NCBI GenBank assembly: GCA_031385045.1 | Contig: JANNBC010000029.1 | Coordinates: forward strand, 1-11,348 | Length of the DNA: 11,348 bases | Source of the DNA: a bacterium | GTDB lineage: Bacteria; Bdellovibrionota_C; UBA2361; CALJRW01 | Direction of reading: 5' to 3' | Shown here: positions 7,911-11,348 of the stretch, one piece after another | Layout: each line of letters begins with the position of its first letter | Position numbering within the stretch: the stretch's first letter is position 1 | Notes under the pieces: model-generated | What the model saw: only the letters and a program-made list of their open reading frames with translations | What the model was told of the DNA's origin: nothing | The model's database searches: none | Program-made: the position numbers and the translations under genes

Positions 7911-8778
7911 CTCGATCATCGGAACTGTTATTCGCCTTTCTAGGAGACGTGTTCAAGTGCAACTAGCTGATCAACTACTGGAGTTTTCTATTCCTAGAAA
8001 ATTTTCTAATTTAATTGCTGGAGATCTAGTAGTCATTAATAATAATGAAATTATTTCATGTGAAGAAAGAAAAAATTTAATTAAACGATCCGTTGTTCAC
8101 CGGACAAAAGAAGTTGTAGCCAACCTAGATCATTTGTTAATTGTCACAGCTCCACCTCCATTATTTAACAGTTCGGTGATTGATCGATTAATCACACTCT
8201 GTGAAATTGAAAATGTTCCTGTATCGTTAATCATTAATAAGATTGACCTAGATTACCAAGCAATTAGCTCCGAGATTGAATACTATCGCTCATTAGATAT
8301 TTCAGTTCACTTAACTAGTGCAAAATCAGAAGTAGGATTAAACGATCTAAAATCATTTTTAGTGACCGAAAATCTAAAACGAATTGCATTTTCTGGTGTC
8401 TCTGGTGTTGGCAAAAGTAGTCTTTTAAAAAGAATTTTAGAAACTGAGAATATCCGAACTTCTCATGTAAGTGAAAGAACGGGGCAAGGAAGACAAACAA
8501 CCTCGGAAGTTCAAGGGTATCTTGTACCTAATACTGATGTGGTAATTTTTGATGTTCCAGGCATCCAAAACTTTGGACTAAGCCACCTAACAAACAGAGA
8601 GGTTCGTGATAGTTTTACAGATTTTTTAAATTTTCCTTGCCCCTATGCTGGCTGTCAGCATATCGGAGAAAATGAATGTGCTGTTAAAATTGCTGTTGCT
8701 TCTGGAGAGCTTTTGCCGACTCGCTATCAGTCATATTTACAAATCATTACTGAACTAGAAAGAAATAAAACATATTAA
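7900..8778 (+). CDS. rsgA: Ribosome small subunit-dependent GTPase A (circularly permuted GTPase)
   Basis: N-terminal OB-fold with AGD.V and VANLD. Permuted G-motif order NKID (G4), TSAK (G5), GVSGVGKSS (G1), GRQTT (G2), DVPG (G3). Zinc finger CPYAGCQHIGENECAV. Confidence 0.93.
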   Translation: MPNSSIIGTVIRLSRRRVQVQLADQLLEFSIPRKFSNLIAGDLVVINNNEIISCEERKNLIKRSVVHRTKEVVANLDHLLIVTAPPPLFNSSVIDRLITLCEIENVPVSLIINKIDLDYQAISSEIEYYRSLDISVHLTSAKSEVGLNDLKSFLVTENLKRIAFSGVSGVGKSSLLKRILETENIRTSHVSERTGQGRQTTSEVQGYLVPNTDVVIFDVPGIQNFGLSHLTNREVRDSFTDFLNFPCPYAGCQHIGENECAVKIAVASGELLPTRYQSYLQIITELERNKTY

Positions 8779-8787
8779 GCGCGGCAT

Positions 8788-9450
8788 ATGGCATCAACTT
8801 GGCAAGATATATTAGGCGAAGAGAAGCAAAAAGATTATTTTAAAAATATTCTGGAAACAATCAGGCTGCAAAGAAATAGTGGTGAAATTATTTATCCTCA
8901 GAACTCTGAAATTTTTAACGCCCTAAAGATCACAGAACTAGAGCAAGTTAAAGTGGTGATCTTAGGACAAGATCCTTACCATGGGCCTGGCCAAGCACAC
9001 GGACTTTGCTTCTCAGTAAATCAGGGTATTAAGCCACCACCATCCTTGGTAAATATTTTTAAAGAACTAAATTCTGACTTACAACTACCAATTCCCAATC
9101 ACGGTTGTCTAACAAGTTGGGCAAAACAAGGAGTACTATTACTTAATAGCTCGTTAACTGTTAAAGCCGGCTTGCCTCTCTCTCATGCAAATTTAGGCTG
9201 GGAGACTTTCACTGATTATATTATCCAGCAAATTAGTAACCATAAAGAAAATGTAGCATTTGTGCTCTGGGGGTCGTTTGCTCAAAAAAAATCTGCTTTA
9301 ATTAATAGATCAAAGCATTTAATTTTGCAGGCTCCGCACCCCTCTCCTTTATCAAGCCATCGAGGATTTTTCGGCAGCAAACATTTCTCACAAATTAATC
9401 GTTATCTTCAAAAGAATAATTTAGCTCCAATCGATTGGAATCTAGAATAA
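8788..9450 (+). CDS. ung: Uracil-DNA glycosylase, family 1
   Basis: Motifs [62 protein letters not shown]. Confidence 0.97.
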   Translation: MASTWQDILGEEKQKDYFKNILETIRLQRNSGEIIYPQNSEIFNALKITELEQVKVVILGQDPYHGPGQAHGLCFSVNQGIKPPPSLVNIFKELNSDLQLPIPNHGCLTSWAKQGVLLLNSSLTVKAGLPLSHANLGWETFTDYIIQQISNHKENVAFVLWGSFAQKKSALINRSKHLILQAPHPSPLSSHRGFFGSKHFSQINRYLQKNNLAPIDWNLE

Positions 9451-9747
9451 ATATTCTATTCTAAAAAAGGTCATAGTCCGAAATCAACAGAAAGTTAAAG
9501 ACTAGGAAATCTAATATCGATACTAAATCCACTCAGGCTTGTATTGCTATTTATAATAATGTTAATTATCAAATACTTACAGGTGAGCATTGATCCCTCT
9601 AGGACTGCATTATTAATAAGCTCAAAATGCCTTCGTAATTCGATCTGTCGCTATTCCTAAATAAACACCAAATTCTTAAATTTTTCAGAAGCATAAAGGT
9701 CCTTAACCTTGATAAGTTACTATAGCCCCTAACTCGCAAAGATTAAT

Positions 9748-10050
9748 ATGAAAAAGACACTTTATGGAACTTTATACTTAATAGTTTTCTCCTATGTATT
9801 AGTCATCGCTAGCGAACTAAGTCATGGTGTGTTCTTTAGCGGTATTCAAAAGAAACTAGGGTTTATGCCCTTTGTAGATATTTTAACAGAAAAAAATCTA
9901 TCAGAAATAATTCAAGTTATTAATGGAACTAGCTTAATTAATAGTACAACTATTAAAATAGTTGCTGTCGGAATTTTAATTTCACTAACTTTTGGATTCT
10001 TAATTTCTAAGTACCTCGTATTCCCAATAAGTAATAAAATAAAGAATTAA
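9748..10050 (+). CDS. Hypothetical membrane protein (2 TM helices)
   Basis: ATG start, MKK N-terminus, hydrophobic segments near both ends, very AT-rich. No recognisable family motif. Confidence 0.5.
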   Translation: MKKTLYGTLYLIVFSYVLVIASELSHGVFFSGIQKKLGFMPFVDILTEKNLSEIIQVINGTSLINSTTIKIVAVGILISLTFGFLISKYLVFPISNKIKN

Positions 10051-10454
10051 TCAATAATAATTAATTTAATAGAAATATTAACAATCATTTCCCTTTGAAA
10101 TCATCCTAATAATTAAATTTCAGTTATTCTTATCAGATGGAACGGGCAATTTCCTTAATTATTTTTAGAAACAGCTTTAATATACTAAAACTCATTAGGT
10201 TTTAACGAACTGCTGCGATTTCAGACTTACTGCAATCAATTACTATAATTTTCTCAAATCTGTTTAGCTTTAGGTGACTTTTCTTCAAATTTTTTAAAAT
10301 AACATCATTATCAACAAAATTGTTAGATTAAGAGCCTTGTTCAATCTAGTTCATTGATATTGTTCATTAATTTTGAATAAATCGCTTTTCTACAAAGTTA
10401 TAACTTCAACTTTTAATTAACTTCAGCCTGGAATTTAATGCCAAATCGGCTTCT

Positions 10455-10493
10455 TTTACAAATCTTTTACAAATCATTTACACGCTCGTGACA
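10455..10493. promoter_or_regulatory. Four hexamer boxes with 11-bp periodicity (PhoB/PhoP/OmpR-like binding array)
   Basis: TTTACA at 10455, 10466 and 10477, and GTGACA at 10488. The first two sit in an exact 11-bp duplication, TCTTTTACAAA x2. Confidence 0.6.
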
Positions 10494-10510
10494 CATTAGC
10501 CATTTGGGTA

Positions 10511-10526
10511 TGGCATAACTCTTGCA
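10511..10526 (+). promoter_or_regulatory. Sigma54 (-24/-12) promoter upstream of the ECF sigma gene
   Basis: TGGCAT-AACTC-TTGCA versus the consensus TGGCAC-N5-TTGCW, with exact GG-N10-GC spacing (10512-13, 10524-25) and the correct orientation. Confidence 0.75.
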
Positions 10527-10639
10527 TGGGTTGAAACTTAGTCAGCAAACATTCAATCCATTAGGTACCAAAGGTTGTAAAGATTACCGGCAGCAATAAC
10601 CAGGTAATTTATTTTTTTAGCGGTTTTTGGAGATATAAG

Positions 10640-11269
10640 ATGACTCAACAAATTTCTGATTTAGATTTAATCAAAAAATTTAAGAATGGTTCGCAAGTTG
10701 CTTTTGAAGAATTAGTAGCTCGCCATGAAAACAAAATGTACAGTATTGCACTTCGGTATACAAAGAATTCAGAAGATGCCGAAGAAGTCATTCAGGATGT
10801 CTGCGTGACATTATTTCATAAAGTACAAGACTTTGAAGGTAAATCAGCATTTTCTAGTTGGTTATACCGAATCGTTGTTAACTCTTCTTTAATGAAGCTT
10901 AGAAAAAATAGACAAGAAAAAGCTACATTAATGGATGACTTAACTCCAATTAGCAAACAAGACTACTTACAACAAAACTGTGAAGATTTTAGTCGAGCAG
11001 ATGTGCGCTCAATTCAACACGAAACAAGAACTGTTTTAGAAGCAGCTATTAATCGCTTAGCAGATGAATATCGATCAGTTTTTATAATGAGAGATGTTGA
11101 TGGCTTAAGCAATGAAGAAGTTAGTAGCATTTTAGATATTTCTGTACCAGCAGTTAAGTCTCGTCTACACCGAGCTCGCTTAATGCTACGGAAGAAGTTA
11201 AATGCTTATTGGAATGATTATAACGGCAAAGAGCAAATGGACACATTCCAAATGGTTGCAAACTCATAA
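10640..11269 (+). CDS. ECF-subfamily sigma70 RNA polymerase sigma factor (RpoE/SigW-like)
   Basis: Region 2 AFEELV.RH, DAEEVIQD, FEGKSAFSSWLYRIVVN. Region 4 L...YRSVFIMRDVDGLSNEEV..IL.ISVPAVKSRLHRAR. GGAG SD at 10629-10632. Confidence 0.95.
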   Translation: MTQQISDLDLIKKFKNGSQVAFEELVARHENKMYSIALRYTKNSEDAEEVIQDVCVTLFHKVQDFEGKSAFSSWLYRIVVNSSLMKLRKNRQEKATLMDDLTPISKQDYLQQNCEDFSRADVRSIQHETRTVLEAAINRLADEYRSVFIMRDVDGLSNEEVSSILDISVPAVKSRLHRARLMLRKKLNAYWNDYNGKEQMDTFQMVANS

Positions 11270-11317
11270 GTATTGAAAATATCAAAAAATAAATTATCTA
11301 TTACCTGACTGAGTTAA

Positions 11318-11348
11318 TGGCGATCAATAGCGATGCTATTGATCGCCA
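11318..11348. repeat. Perfect 14-bp palindrome with a 3-nt loop (terminator or REP-like), cut off by the window end
   Basis: TGGCGATCAATAGC-GAT-GCTATTGATCGCCA, 48 nt after the ECF stop. Confidence 0.85.

Noticed and set aside
8315..8500. 61-aa minus-strand ORF
   Set aside because: Antisense shadow inside rsgA.
10202..10288. 28-codon minus-strand TTG-start ORF in the long intergenic region
   Set aside because: No ATG or SD, and too short to support from sequence alone.
10339..10366. Three GTTCA pentamers
   Set aside because: Irregular spacing (10 and 13 bp) and a short motif, so probably chance.
10533..10560. Possible ECF autoregulatory promoter (GAAACTT...TCAA)
   Set aside because: The spacing to the TCAA element is about 13 nt, too short for an ECF promoter. 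The sigma54 motif fits much better.

Overview
AT-rich bacterial chromosomal window with mostly housekeeping and signalling genes. It starts with the probable 3' tip of an IS3-like transposase and a start-less gene remnant. Then come an archaeal/eukaryote-type prolyl-tRNA synthetase (proS), an LRR-protein kinase, a receiver-HisKA protein with no ATPase domain, and an orphan LivK/LivJ-type substrate-binding protein. The standout is a stand-alone gene fusing an RRM RNA-binding domain to ribosomal protein bS18, with its own sigma70-like promoter and terminator. Downstream are several hypothetical or membrane proteins, a holin-like(YvlD)-rsgA-ung run in which RsgA has atypical switch-I residues, and an ECF sigma factor preceded by a near-consensus sigma54 promoter and four 11-bp-phased TTTACA-type boxes. 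Two long, possibly related palindromes (5198-5268 and 11318-11348) may be REP-like elements. No rRNA, tRNA or CRISPR array was seen. All protein calls come from motif recognition by eye; no database search was run.
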